Positions 1-9,985 are shown, counted from the stretch's first letter. The stretch: 64,000 bases of DNA from Solirubrobacteraceae bacterium (GCA_035553095.1 DATNDZ010000020.1:17690-81689); one strand, 5' to 3'. Made by a program: numbers and translations. Notes: a model not told the origin generated them from the sequence alone.

Positions 1-698
1 TGCCGGCGTCGGTGCAGGACGCCTTCGTGAGCGCCGCGACGCCCGAGCTGATGACCCGCGGGTTGCCCGAACGTGACGGCTCGCTCGCGCAGGCTGCGGT
101 CGGGCAGGCGATCGAGGCGATCCGTCCTGGCGGGGCGCTCGCGGTGGGCCCCGGCCTGGGGCGCAGCGAGGACGCGTTTGCGTTCGCGCGCCGCATGGCG
201 GCGCAGGCGCAGGCGCCGATGGTGCTCGACGCAGATGGCCTGAATGCGCACGAGGGACGGCTGGCGGAACTGCGCGTACGGCGGGCGCCGACGGTGCTCA
301 CGCCGCATGCGGGCGAGCTCGCGCGCCTGCTCGAGCTCGACAGCGAGCGGGTCGAGCGCGAGCGGTTGCGCCACGTGCGCGCCGCGGCCGAGCAGTCGGG
401 TGCGGTCGTCGTGCTCAAGGGCGACGACTCGCTGATCGCAGACCCCTCGGGATTTGTGGCGGTCAGCCGTGGCGGCAGCCCGGCGCTCGCCACGGCCGGC
501 ACGGGAGACGTTCTCACCGGCGTCGTCGCTGCTCTGCTGGCGCAGGGCTTGGGGTCGTTCACGGCAGCCGTCGCCGCCGTCTGGCTGCATGCGGCGGCGG
601 GACGCGAGGCGGCGCGGCGCCACGGCGCGCCGGAGGGCGTGATCGCGAGCGACGTGATCGAAGCGCTGCCGGCGGTGCGTGACAGGGAGGGGCCGTGA
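1..698 (+). CDS. nnrD: ADP-dependent NAD(P)H-hydrate dehydratase (YjeF C-terminal domain), 5' partial
   Basis: Motifs GPGLGR, VLDADGLN, LTPHAGE, VLKG, LATAGTGDVLTG; typical position upstream of alr; the gene most likely begins before the window. Confidence 0.92.
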   Translation, partial: PASVQDAFVSAATPELMTRGLPERDGSLAQAAVGQAIEAIRPGGALAVGPGLGRSEDAFAFARRMAAQAQAPMVLDADGLNAHEGRLAELRVRRAPTVLTPHAGELARLLELDSERVERERLRHVRAAAEQSGAVVVLKGDDSLIADPSGFVAVSRGGSPALATAGTGDVLTGVVAALLAQGLGSFTAAVAAVWLHAAAGREAARRHGAPEGVIASDVIEALPAVRDREGP

Positions 699-1873
699 GC
701 GCCGCGGCTCGCCCGCTCAACGAGCTCGAGAGCGTCGCGCGCGCCCGCGCGAGCGTGAACGTTGCGGCGATCGAGCGCAACTGCGCCCGCCTCGGCTCCG
801 AGCTGCACACGGGTGCGCTGCTGTGCGCGGTCGTGAAGGCCGACGGCTACGGCCACGGCGCCTCGCCGAGCGCCCGCGCGGCGCTGGCCGGGGGGGCGAG
901 CTGGTTGGCTGTCGCGAGTGCGCGGGAGGCTTGCGAGCTGCGCGCGGCCGGCATCGAGGAGGTGCCGATCCTCGTGATGGGGGCGCTCGGACCGGGCGAG
1001 CTCTCCGAAGCTCTCGCCGCGAGCGCCGATGTGGTGGCGTGGAGCGAGCAGCACGTGCTGGACGTGGCGAGGGCGGGTGGCGGGCGCGTGCACGTCAAGC
1101 TCGACTCGGGCATGGGCAGGCTGGGCACGCGCGACCCGGCGCTCGCCTCGGCCGTGCTGGCGCTGGCCGAGCGCAGCGCGGGGGTCGAGCCGGTCGGGCT
1201 GATGACGCACTTCGCGACGGCCGACGAACTCGATGACGAGGGCTTCTTCGCGAGTCAGCTCGAGGCATTCACGAGCTGGGCTGCCGAGCACAAGGCGCGT
1301 CGCCCCGAGCTGATCGTGCACGCGGCCAACAGCGCGGCGCTGCTGCGCGAGCCGCGGGCGCAGTTCGACATGGTGCGCTGTGGGATCGCGATCTACGGGA
1401 TGGATCCGTTCGGCGTCGAGCCGACCGAGCGCGAGCTCGAGCCGGCGCTCGAGCTGAGCTCCTACGTGGCCGAGGTGAAGCCGTGCCGCGCGGGCGAGAG
1501 CGCCGGCTACGGCCGGCGCTTCGTGGCCGCGCGCGACACCTGGCTGGGCGTGCTGCCGATCGGTTACGGCGACGGATGGCGGCGCGGGCTCTCGAACAAT
1601 GCCGACGTGCTCGTCGACGGCCTGCGCCGGCCGCTCGTGGGCACGGTGAGCATGGACAACATCACGATCGACCTCGGCGCCGAACAGAGCGCCGAGCGCC
1701 TGCGCGGCGCTCGGGCGGTGTTGATCGGAGCCGACGGCGAGGAGCGGATCACGGCCGAGGAGCTCGCGCGGCGCCTGGACACGATCAACTACGAGATCAC
1801 GTGCGGACTGACGCCGCGCGTCCCGCGCGTGCATCACCGCGACGGCGTCGCGGTCGGGCGCGCGGATGGCTGA
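695..1873 (+). CDS. alr: Alanine racemase
   Basis: PLP-lysine motif AVVKADGYGHG; HVKLDSGMGRLG; GYGDG; INYEITC; GTGA overlap with nnrD. Confidence 0.97.
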   Translation: MSAAARPLNELESVARARASVNVAAIERNCARLGSELHTGALLCAVVKADGYGHGASPSARAALAGGASWLAVASAREACELRAAGIEEVPILVMGALGPGELSEALAASADVVAWSEQHVLDVARAGGGRVHVKLDSGMGRLGTRDPALASAVLALAERSAGVEPVGLMTHFATADELDDEGFFASQLEAFTSWAAEHKARRPELIVHAANSAALLREPRAQFDMVRCGIAIYGMDPFGVEPTERELEPALELSSYVAEVKPCRAGESAGYGRRFVAARDTWLGVLPIGYGDGWRRGLSNNADVLVDGLRRPLVGTVSMDNITIDLGAEQSAERLRGARAVLIGADGEERITAEELARRLDTINYEITCGLTPRVPRVHHRDGVAVGRADG

Positions 1874-3335
1874 CGCGCTGCAGGCCGCTCGCCGGGCGCT
1901 CGCCGGCCGCCCGGCCTGGCTCGTCGGCGGGGCGACCCGTGATCGTCGGCTGGGGCGCTCGACGACGGACCTCGACGTCGTCGTCGAGGGCGATCCGGGC
2001 GAGGCCGCGCGCGCGATCGCGCGCGCGGCGGGGCGGGCGGCGTGCTTTGCGCTGTCGGAGGAGTTCGGCGCATGGCGAGTCTCGGCCCGGGACTCCTCCT
2101 GGCAGGTGGACGTCGAGCCGCTGCGCGGGGGCTCGCTCGACGCCGACCTCGCGCTGCGCGACTTCACCGTGAACGCGATCGCCGAGCCGATCGCCGGGGG
2201 GGAGCCGATCGACCCGCTGGGCGGCCTCGGGGACCTCGCGGCCGGGCGTCTGCGCATGGCCGCTCCGGACGCGTTTGCCCGTGATCCTCTGCGCGTGCTG
2301 CGGCTCGTGCGCGTCGCGGTCGAGCTGGGGTTCGAGCCCGAGCCGGACACGCTGGAGCGAGCTCGGGCGAATGCGGGCGGGCTCGGGCGCTGCTCGCCCG
2401 AGCGCGTGTTCGCCGAGCTGCAGCGGATCGTCGCCGCGCGCGCGGTGCTGCGAGGCCTCGATCTGATGAGCGAGCTGGGGGCGACCGAGATCGTCCTGCC
2501 CGAGCTCGAGGCGCTGCGCGGGGTCGAGCAGAACCGCTACCACCATGCCGACGTGCACGGGCACACGCTCGAGGTGCTGAGGTGCACGATCGCGCTGTGC
2601 GACTTTGCGGAGGGCCGGATCGAGCACGACACGAGCGCCGTCGGCGCCAGGACTCAGAGCGGCGATGACGCGTTGGCCGCGCTGGGCGCCGCGCTGGGTG
2701 AGCACCGCCCGGCCGTGGCCGCGCTGCTGGCCGAGCCACTGGCGGACGGTCTCACGCGGGGCGAGGCTCTGCGCTGGGGAGCGCTCCTGCACGACGCCGC
2801 CAAGCCGCTCACGCGCGGAGTGCGCCCGGTGGACGGCCGCGTGACGTTCATCGGCCACGATCAGCGTGGGGCGGAGCTCGCGCGTGAGGTGCTCACGCGC
2901 CTGCGTGCGAGCGAGCGCCTGCGCGGCCACGTCGCGGCGCTCGTGCGCAATCACCTGCGGCTCGGCTTCCTCGTGCACGAGCCGCAGCCGATCTCGCGGC
3001 GCACGGTGTTCGAGTACATGCGCGCGACCGAGCCGGTGGAGGTCGACGTCACGCTGCTCTCGGTCGCCGACCGTCTGGCCACGCGCGGCGACCGTGCCGA
3101 GCAGGCGATAGCGGCACACCTGGCGGTGGCCGAGGACATGCTCGGCCATGCGCTGGGCTGGCGCGCCGAAGGGCCGCCCGCGCCGCTGCTGCGCGGCGAC
3201 GAGCTCGCGCGCGAGCTCGGGATCGCGCCGGGCCCGCGACTCGGCGAGCTGCTCGAGCGCCTGGCGCAGGCGCAGTTCGCCGGCGAGGTGGCCACGCGCG
3301 AGCAGGCGCTCGCGCACGCCCGCGCGCTCGCATAG
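1866..3335 (+). CDS. CCA-adding/poly(A) polymerase-family nucleotidyltransferase with HD domain
   Basis: LVGGATRD, DLD, DLALRDFTVNAIA, DPLRVLR, HHADVHGHT, LLHDAAKP, PGPRLGELL. Confidence 0.88.
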   Translation: MADALQAARRALAGRPAWLVGGATRDRRLGRSTTDLDVVVEGDPGEAARAIARAAGRAACFALSEEFGAWRVSARDSSWQVDVEPLRGGSLDADLALRDFTVNAIAEPIAGGEPIDPLGGLGDLAAGRLRMAAPDAFARDPLRVLRLVRVAVELGFEPEPDTLERARANAGGLGRCSPERVFAELQRIVAARAVLRGLDLMSELGATEIVLPELEALRGVEQNRYHHADVHGHTLEVLRCTIALCDFAEGRIEHDTSAVGARTQSGDDALAALGAALGEHRPAVAALLAEPLADGLTRGEALRWGALLHDAAKPLTRGVRPVDGRVTFIGHDQRGAELAREVLTRLRASERLRGHVAALVRNHLRLGFLVHEPQPISRRTVFEYMRATEPVEVDVTLLSVADRLATRGDRAEQAIAAHLAVAEDMLGHALGWRAEGPPAPLLRGDELARELGIAPGPRLGELLERLAQAQFAGEVATREQALAHARALA

Positions 3336-3351
3336 TCAATAGGCTTCGCCG

Positions 3352-3765
3352 ATGCGCGATCCCGACTGCATCTTCTGCATGATCGTCGCCGGCGAGCTGC
3401 CGGCGACGATCGTCGATGAGGACGAGCGCACGATCTCCTTCATGGACATCTCGCCGGCCACACGCGGGCACGCGCTCGTGATCCCGCGTGAGCATTCGCC
3501 CGATCTGCTCGGCGTCGAGCCGGACGACCTCGCGGCCGTCGGGCTGGCGTCCAAGCGGCTCGCCGGGCGGATGACGCGGCGACTCGGCGCCGACGGCGTG
3601 AACCTGCTGAACTCGTGCGGCGCCGTCGCGTTCCAGACGGTCTTCCACTTCCACGTGCACGTGATTCCTCGCTACGAGGGCGATTCGCTGCGGCTGCCCT
3701 GGGTTCCGACGGCGGGGGACCCCGAGCAGATCGCGGCCGCCGCGCAGGAACTCGGACAGGAATAG
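3352..3765 (+). CDS. HIT family hydrolase
   Basis: CIFC N-terminus, GHALVIP, HFHVHVIPR triad; TAGGCT 6 nt upstream of the ATG. Confidence 0.95.
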   Translation: MRDPDCIFCMIVAGELPATIVDEDERTISFMDISPATRGHALVIPREHSPDLLGVEPDDLAAVGLASKRLAGRMTRRLGADGVNLLNSCGAVAFQTVFHFHVHVIPRYEGDSLRLPWVPTAGDPEQIAAAAQELGQE

Positions 3766-3808
3766 CGAAATGTCGATATCGCTACATCTGCCCTCCGCGC
3801 GTGTTTGC

Positions 3809-4483
3809 ATGGCAATGATCAAACGCACATACATCGCCCTGCTCGCGAGCCTCGCGCTCGCCCTCGCCGTGCCGGGCCTCGCCACGGCCACGATCACCGA
3901 AGTCGGCGTGATCCCACCGACGACGCCGGAAACGACGCCGAGCTGTCCCGCCAACCCGTGCCTTGCGGTCAGCCGCACGACGGGCTTCCAGGTCAAGGTC
4001 GCCACGAACACGACCCTCACGAGCGTTCCCAAAGCCGGCTCGATCGTCGCCTGGACGATCAGCCTCGGCAAGCCCAACGCGACGCAGACCAAGTTCTTCA
4101 ACGCCAACGAGGGCGGCGCAGCCGCGGCCGGCATCGCGATCCTCGCGCCACAGAAGAAACCGAACCTCACCTACAAGCTCATCGCCTCGAGCCCGACCGT
4201 CAAACTCGAACACTACTTCGGCAAGACCGCCCAGTTTCCGCTGGAACGCTCGATCCCGGTGAAAAAGGGCTACATCGTGGCGCTGACCGTGCCGACGTGG
4301 GCACCGGCGCTGGCGCTCGGCTTCGGCAAGGACACCTCGTGGCGTGCGAGCCGGGAAAAGAAGCAGTGCTCCAGCACGAGCTCGCAGAGCACGCAGACCT
4401 CGATCGGCTCGGCCGTGCAGTACTACTGCCTCTACCAGACCGCCCGACTCACCTACAGCGCCACGCTCGTCTCGACGCCCTAG
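3809..4483 (+). CDS. Secreted hypothetical protein (Cys pairs, Lys/Thr-rich)
   Basis: Signal peptide MIKRTYIALLASLALALAVPGLATA; start at 3809 or 3815 rather than 3770. Confidence 0.8.
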   Translation: MAMIKRTYIALLASLALALAVPGLATATITEVGVIPPTTPETTPSCPANPCLAVSRTTGFQVKVATNTTLTSVPKAGSIVAWTISLGKPNATQTKFFNANEGGAAAAGIAILAPQKKPNLTYKLIASSPTVKLEHYFGKTAQFPLERSIPVKKGYIVALTVPTWAPALALGFGKDTSWRASREKKQCSSTSSQSTQTSIGSAVQYYCLYQTARLTYSATLVSTP

Positions 4484-4575
4484 CCGTCTCGGCGGGCGCC
4501 GCGCCGGGGAGCCGCCTTCCGTCGAGGCGATCTTGCAGCGCTTGAGCAGGTTCATCTGCGGCCGATAACCGCTAG

Positions 4576-6351
4576 ATGAGGACACTCGACCGTTCGCGGT
4601 CGCCGGGGGAGCCGGGCCACGCGGGCGCCGGCGGGTACGCCGGCGCGGCTCTGCACGTCGGCCCCCTCGAGGACGTGACGCCATCGCACGTCGGGCACGA
4701 CTCCGGCGCGAGCATGCTGTGCGAAGACGAAGCCACGCGCCAGCGCCTCGTCGACATGGAAAGCCACATGGCCTCGGCGCGCCTCGCGGTGTTCGCCATG
4801 ATCACGATCGGCCTCGCGATCCTGGCGCCGTGGGTCGGGTGGTGGCCGCTGCTCGTGATCGTGACGACCTTTGCCGGATATCTCGTGGCCGGTCGGAGGA
4901 TGCCGGGCTCGGCGCGCCCGGAGTACTGGTTCATGGGTGCCTGGGCGTTCTCGCAGGCCGCCACCGGCATCGTGGTGGCTGTCACCGGCGGGCCTCGCAG
5001 CGTGTTCCTGCCATGGCTGGCGATCCCGGCGGTCACGCTCAGCTCGCGCTTCAGGCTGCGCGGGGTGATCGTCGGCTTCATCTGGACGGTCTTCGTGATG
5101 ATCGGCGTGACCGTGGGCGTCAGCCCGGGAGCCGTCGCCGAACGCCCCCAGCGCCTGATCGTGCCGCTGGTCTTGCTGGGCGGCGTGGTCGTGCTGTCGA
5201 CCGCCCTGATGCGCTCTGACGTCAAGCACCGCGCGGAGGCCGTCGTGGACCCGCTCACGGGACTCTTCAACCGCCAGGCGCTCGCCGTGCGGGCGGGGGA
5301 GCTGATCGAGCAGGCGCGCGTATCCGGCATGCCGCTGGCCGTTCTGATCGGTGACCTCGACGAGTTCAAGCTGGTCAACGACAACCACGGCCACCACGTC
5401 GGCGACACCGTGCTGCGCGAGGCGGCGAGCACGCTGCGGGCGACGCTGCGCACATTCGACTACATCTACCGCTACGGCGGCGAGGAGTTCGTGATCCTCC
5501 TGCCCGGCACCGACGAGGCGCGCGCGCTGGCGACGGCCGAGCGCGTGCGGGACGCGATCGGCGCGGCCCACCCCGCCGGCCTGCGGATGACGCTATCGCT
5601 CGGCGTGAGCGTGGGCGATGGCCGCGAGGGCGACTTCGACGATCTGCTGATCGCCGCGGACCGGGCGCTCTACCGTGCCAAGGCGGAAGGACGCAACCGC
5701 GTATGCCTCGGGCGCGCCTACGACGGCGTCAGCCTCGAACTGCCCGAGGCCTCGCCCGCCGCCAGGGCGGCGAGCGAGGGCCAGCCCGAGCTCGCGGGCG
5801 CCGGCAGCACGCCGGCGGACGCCTTCGAGCTCGCGCGCCGCGCATTCGTCGCGGGCGAGGCGCTCGACATGCCGGCCCTGGCAGAGCGCCTCGGCGTCTC
5901 GCTCGAGCGGCTGCACGAATGGTGCGGGGACCGCGAGTCGCTGCTCGGCGAGATCACCGCCGTGCTCGCGCTCGAGCTGCTCGCACGCGCGAAGGCGGAG
6001 CACAGCTACGAGCGCGGGACGGCGCGCGTGCTCGCCGTCTACGACCAGTTCGCGTGCAGCGCCGCGAGCTTCCGCCCGCTGCAGACGATGCTGCGCGAGG
6101 ATCAGCAACTGGCGGTGCGGATCCTGACCTCACGGACCGGCCACGTGCACCCGGCGATGGTCGGCGCGATCCACGAGCTGCTGAACGAGGAGCACGAGCT
6201 GGGCGCGCTGGCGACGCCGAAGTCGGAGCTGCGCAATCTCTCCTACGCGATCGTGCGGATGGCCGAGGCCTTCCTCTACAACGACGCGGTGCTCGCGACC
6301 GAGCCGCAGATACACAGCTCCACGCGGATCGTCGGACGCCTGATGGCCTAG
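4576..6351 (+). CDS. Membrane diguanylate cyclase (GGEEF) fused to a C-terminal QsdR/TetR-like domain
   Basis: About 5-6 TM segments, DPLTGLFNR, DLDEFKLVND, RTFD I-site five residues before GGEEF, ADRALYRAK; then AFELARRAF..LDMPALAERLGVS..LHEWCGDRESLL; start uncertain. Confidence 0.85.
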   Translation: MRTLDRSRSPGEPGHAGAGGYAGAALHVGPLEDVTPSHVGHDSGASMLCEDEATRQRLVDMESHMASARLAVFAMITIGLAILAPWVGWWPLLVIVTTFAGYLVAGRRMPGSARPEYWFMGAWAFSQAATGIVVAVTGGPRSVFLPWLAIPAVTLSSRFRLRGVIVGFIWTVFVMIGVTVGVSPGAVAERPQRLIVPLVLLGGVVVLSTALMRSDVKHRAEAVVDPLTGLFNRQALAVRAGELIEQARVSGMPLAVLIGDLDEFKLVNDNHGHHVGDTVLREAASTLRATLRTFDYIYRYGGEEFVILLPGTDEARALATAERVRDAIGAAHPAGLRMTLSLGVSVGDGREGDFDDLLIAADRALYRAKAEGRNRVCLGRAYDGVSLELPEASPAARAASEGQPELAGAGSTPADAFELARRAFVAGEALDMPALAERLGVSLERLHEWCGDRESLLGEITAVLALELLARAKAEHSYERGTARVLAVYDQFACSAASFRPLQTMLREDQQLAVRILTSRTGHVHPAMVGAIHELLNEEHELGALATPKSELRNLSYAIVRMAEAFLYNDAVLATEPQIHSSTRIVGRLMA

Positions 6352-6364
6352 CGAGCCAGCGCCG

Positions 6365-6751
6365 CTATTTGCCGCTCGGAGCGCCGGCGCCGCCGGTCGG
6401 GCTCGACCCGGCCGCCGATTCTTTGGTCGGTTCTTTTTCGGCCGAGGCGCCGCCGGAGGCGCTGCTTTCTTCGCTGGCCCCGCTCGAGCTGCCGCCGCTT
6501 TCGGGTTCTTCGGTCGCTTCGTTGCCGCCTGATTCGTTGGCCGGGCTTTCGGTCGTCGAGGTGCCGGTCGTCGAGGTCGACGTCGAGGTCGTCTGGCCCG
6601 CCGCCTTTTCGGCGCTCGTGTCGTTCGGAGGCGTGATGTGCGGCGTGCTCTTGGGCACGTCTTCGGAGGCGCTGCTGCCACCACCGCACGCGCCGAGCGT
6701 GAGGGCGGCGAGCGCCAGCGCGAGGGCCAGCAGTCCGGCGCGTACGCTCAC
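6365..6751 (-). CDS. Small Ser/Thr/Glu-rich lipoprotein
   Basis: Lipobox LGAC after a hydrophobic stretch; GTG at 6751 overlaps the upstream stop (GTGA). Confidence 0.75.
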   Translation of the reverse strand: MSVRAGLLALALALAALTLGACGGGSSASEDVPKSTPHITPPNDTSAEKAAGQTTSTSTSTTGTSTTESPANESGGNEATEEPESGGSSSGASEESSASGGASAEKEPTKESAAGSSPTGGAGAPSGK

Positions 6752-7029
6752 CGATCTCCCGCCGGCGAGGAGAGCGGGCCCATGCGCCGCCCGCAGGTGG
6801 GGCAGTCGTTCAGGTCCTTCTGGGCGAGCTGCCCGCACCACGAGCAGAAGCGCAGGTTCTCGACCGACCACGGCAGACGCGAGCTGGACGGCGCGAGCGG
6901 CAGGACCTTGCCGACGACCTCCATCGGCTCGCCGGTGTCGCGGTCGAGATAGATCTCGCCGGCCTCCGCCTCCATCACGATCTCGCGCCCGCTGGCGGGG
7001 TTGCGCAGGCGATAACGCTGACTGCTCAC
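6748..7029 (-). CDS. Small zinc-ribbon protein (93 aa)
   Basis: 3' end of the 6748..8835 shadow ORF: MSSQRYRLRNPASGRE..CSWC..CPTC; TAAAGT 7 nt upstream of the GTG. Confidence 0.78.
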   Translation of the reverse strand: MSSQRYRLRNPASGREIVMEAEAGEIYLDRDTGEPMEVVGKVLPLAPSSSRLPWSVENLRFCSWCGQLAQKDLNDCPTCGRRMGPLSSPAGDR

Positions 7030-7083
7030 GGGCGGGACTTTATCGGAGCGGCCGCGGGGGAGGGGGTCGATAGGCTCGCGCGC

Positions 7084-8733
7084 GTGCGCATCCTCATATT
7101 CCACGGCTACCTGCTCGCGGGCACCGGCTCGAACGTCTACAACGCCCGTCTGGCGGCGGCTTTCGTGAGGCAGGGCCACGAGGTGCACCTGCTCTGTCAG
7201 GACCGCCACCCCGAGCGCCAGCCGTTCGTCGATGTCGTCGCGGACTGGGACGGCGGCAGGCTGCAGCTGCGCGAGATCGCCCGCGCCAGGGCGCTCGAGG
7301 GGGGCGAGCCGGGCGCGGTGAGCGGCGGGAGCTGCACCGTCTACCGGCCCGACATCGGCGGCCTGCTGCCCGTGTACGTGGCCGACCGCTACGAGGGTCT
7401 GCGGGCGCGCACGTTCGCCGAGTGCAGCGAAGCCGAGGTCGAAGCCTACCTCGGCGCCAATGTCGCGGCGGTGCGCGAGATCGCGGCGCTCGTCTCGCCG
7501 GACGTCGCCCTGGCCAACCACCTCGTGATGGGCCCCGCGATCCTTGCGCGCGCGCTCGAAGGCAAGGTCCCATACGCCGTCAAGGTGCACGGAAGCGCGT
7601 TGGAGTACACGGTCAAGCCCGAACCGGAGCGCTTCCTGCCATACGCCCGCGAGGGACTTCGCGAAGCTCGCGGCATCCTCGTCGGCTCCAATCACACGGC
7701 CACGAGCCTGTGGGAGGCGTTCGCCGATGCGGAGGTCGAGCGGCGTACGCGCCTCGGCCCTCCGGGAGTGGACGTCGAGCGCTTTGCCCCGCGGGAGCGC
7801 CCGGAGGCCGCGGCGGCGCTGGCGGCGCTCGCGGCAAGGCTGCGCGGGGTCGGGGAGGACGAAGAGGCCAGCCCCTCCGGCGACACGCCCAAGGCCGCCG
7901 ATGGGGATGCCTTTGCCCGCGATGAGCGGGCCGCGGGCACGGCGCTTGCCCGGCTCGACCTGGACCGCGACCGACCGGTCGCCTTCGTCGGCAAGCTGAT
8001 CGTCAGCAAGGGTGTCGATCTGCTGCTGGCGGCGTGGCCGCTCGTGCTCGAGGACGTGCCCGACGCGAGGCTCGTCGTGGTCGGCTTCGGCGCCTACCGC
8101 GCCGGCCTGGAGCGCCTGCGCGACGCGCTCCGCGAGGGCGATCTCGAGCGGGCGAGGGAGATCGCCCGCGCCGGGCGCTCGCTGGAGGCCGATCCGGAGC
8201 TCGCGAGCCCGCCCGCCGAGGCCAAGCCGCTGCGCCATCTGCTGGCGTTCCTCGATCGCCTGCACGGGGCCGAGCGCGAGCGCTATGTCGCGGCGGCGCG
8301 CGCGCTGGGCGAGCGCGCTCTGCTCACCGGCCGGCTCGAGCACGACGAGCTGGCCGAGCTGCTGCCGGCCTGCGAGGCGTTGGTCGTGCCGAGCACCTTC
8401 CCCGAGGCATTCGGGATGGTCGCCGCCGAGGGGGCCGCATGCGGTGCCCTGCCCGTCAGCGCCGCCCATTCGGGGCTGGCCGAGGTGAGCGAGGCGCTCG
8501 CCAGGGCCGTTCCCGCCGCCGCAGCCGGCCTGCTGTCCTTCCCGGTCGACGACGGGGCCGTGCCGGCGATCGCGCAGCGGCTGGTCGGCTGGCTGACGGC
8601 CGAGCCGAGCCTGCGAGAGGAAACGCGCGCGGGCCTCGTCGAGACCGTGCGCGAGCGTTGGTCGTGGGACGGGGTGGCCCGGAACGTGGTGGCAGCGGCG
8701 CGGGGCCGCCTGGAGGGGCTCGCGCTGCCCTGA
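7084..8733 (+). CDS. Glycosyltransferase family 4 (GT-B)
   Basis: MRILIFH..GTGSNVY, FVGKL..KGVD, PSTFPEAFGMVAAEGAACG. Confidence 0.92.
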   Translation: MRILIFHGYLLAGTGSNVYNARLAAAFVRQGHEVHLLCQDRHPERQPFVDVVADWDGGRLQLREIARARALEGGEPGAVSGGSCTVYRPDIGGLLPVYVADRYEGLRARTFAECSEAEVEAYLGANVAAVREIAALVSPDVALANHLVMGPAILARALEGKVPYAVKVHGSALEYTVKPEPERFLPYAREGLREARGILVGSNHTATSLWEAFADAEVERRTRLGPPGVDVERFAPRERPEAAAALAALAARLRGVGEDEEASPSGDTPKAADGDAFARDERAAGTALARLDLDRDRPVAFVGKLIVSKGVDLLLAAWPLVLEDVPDARLVVVGFGAYRAGLERLRDALREGDLERAREIARAGRSLEADPELASPPAEAKPLRHLLAFLDRLHGAERERYVAAARALGERALLTGRLEHDELAELLPACEALVVPSTFPEAFGMVAAEGAACGALPVSAAHSGLAEVSEALARAVPAAAAGLLSFPVDDGAVPAIAQRLVGWLTAEPSLREETRAGLVETVRERWSWDGVARNVVAAARGRLEGLALP

Positions 8734-8824
8734 GAGGGCGCGCGCCGTGGTCTCCCGGAGCGGCCAACGGGGCCGGTGGCTGCCGTCGAGCCACCCGCCC
8801 CTTGGGATAGTGTTCCGCCCGCTC

Positions 8825-9616
8825 ATGCCCGGCACCGACGCTCAAACGGCCGCAGGGGACGCCGCCCCCGGCGGACCCCGCCGGCTGCTCCGGCGCGCCT
8901 CGGTGCTTGGAGCGCTGGCCATCGCCGTGCTCACCGGCGCCGGCTGCTCGGTCAAGGGTGGCGACGACGCCAACCTGATCGCCGGTAAGAAGGCCTTTGT
9001 CGCAAAGTGCGGCTCCTGCCACACGCTCGCGCGCGCCGAAACCAAGGGCGTCGTCGGGCCCAACCTCGACGAAGCCTTCCGCGTGAGCCTCAAAGAAGGC
9101 GCCAACCGGGACACCGTTCGCGGGGTCGTCGAAAAACAGATCGAGATCCCCAATCCCGAAGGCGCGATGCCGAAGAACCTCGTCAGCGGCTCGACGGCCA
9201 AAGACGTTTCGGCCTACGTCGCCGGAGCGGTGGCGAGATCGGGCAAGGACACGGGCCTTCTGGCGACAGCCGTCAAAGCGCCCGGCTCGGGCAAGCCGGC
9301 CGAAGAGAAGGACGGCAAGCTCTCGATCCCGGCGAACGCGCAGGGGCAGCTTGCTTACGAAACGAACAAAGCGACCGGGACCACCGGGCCGGTCACGATC
9401 GAAATGCCCAACATGTCCGGCGTCGACCACAACCTCGCACTGGAAACCGGCGAAGGTGGCGCCACGCCCAAGGGCGGCAAAGTCGGCGCGACCCCGATCA
9501 TCGCCAAGGGCACGGCCAAAGTCACCGTCACGCTCAAGCCCGGCAGCTACACCTTCTTCTGCGAGGTGCCCGGGCACCGTCAGGCCGGGATGTACGGCAC
9601 TCTGACGGTCAAGTAG
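8825..9616 (+). CDS. Lipoprotein with cytochrome c domain fused to a cupredoxin (plastocyanin/azurin-like) domain
   Basis: Lipobox GAGC, heme motif CGSCH, GPNLD, distal Met in AMP; type-1 Cu ligands DHN..CEVPGHRQAGM. Confidence 0.88.
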   Translation: MPGTDAQTAAGDAAPGGPRRLLRRASVLGALAIAVLTGAGCSVKGGDDANLIAGKKAFVAKCGSCHTLARAETKGVVGPNLDEAFRVSLKEGANRDTVRGVVEKQIEIPNPEGAMPKNLVSGSTAKDVSAYVAGAVARSGKDTGLLATAVKAPGSGKPAEEKDGKLSIPANAQGQLAYETNKATGTTGPVTIEMPNMSGVDHNLALETGEGGATPKGGKVGATPIIAKGTAKVTVTLKPGSYTFFCEVPGHRQAGMYGTLTVK

Positions 9617-9682
9617 ACCAGGCCACGGGTCGTGGACGCTCGCGTTGCAGCGTCCGCCGGACGTCCGCACCGCGAGTCTGCC

Positions 9683-9985
9683 TCAGTCGAGATCGAAGGC
9701 GGCCCGGATCGCTTCGCTGAGCTGCTGCTCCTGATCGTCGAGCAGCACGCCGAGCTGATCTCTCAGCGCCTCGGCCGGGATCGTCGTGACGTTGTCACAG
9801 CTCACGACGGACGGGCCTGACAGCCCGTTTGCGGCATCGACGCGCACCTCGGTGGAGAGCCCACGGATCGTGCTCGTGATCGGCGCGACCGTGACGGTCC
9901 TCAGATGCGGGCGCACGAGCTCGCGGGTCAGGATCAGTACCGGTCGCGCCTTGTCGAGCTGCGCGACGTGGATCGGACGCATCAC
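9683..9985 (-). CDS. mazF: PemK/MazF family toxin
   Basis: KARPVLILT, TVAPITSTIRGLSTEV, SVVSCDNVTTI; overlaps the antitoxin stop. Confidence 0.92.
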   Translation of the reverse strand: MMRPIHVAQLDKARPVLILTRELVRPHLRTVTVAPITSTIRGLSTEVRVDAANGLSGPSVVSCDNVTTIPAEALRDQLGVLLDDQEQQLSEAIRAAFDLD

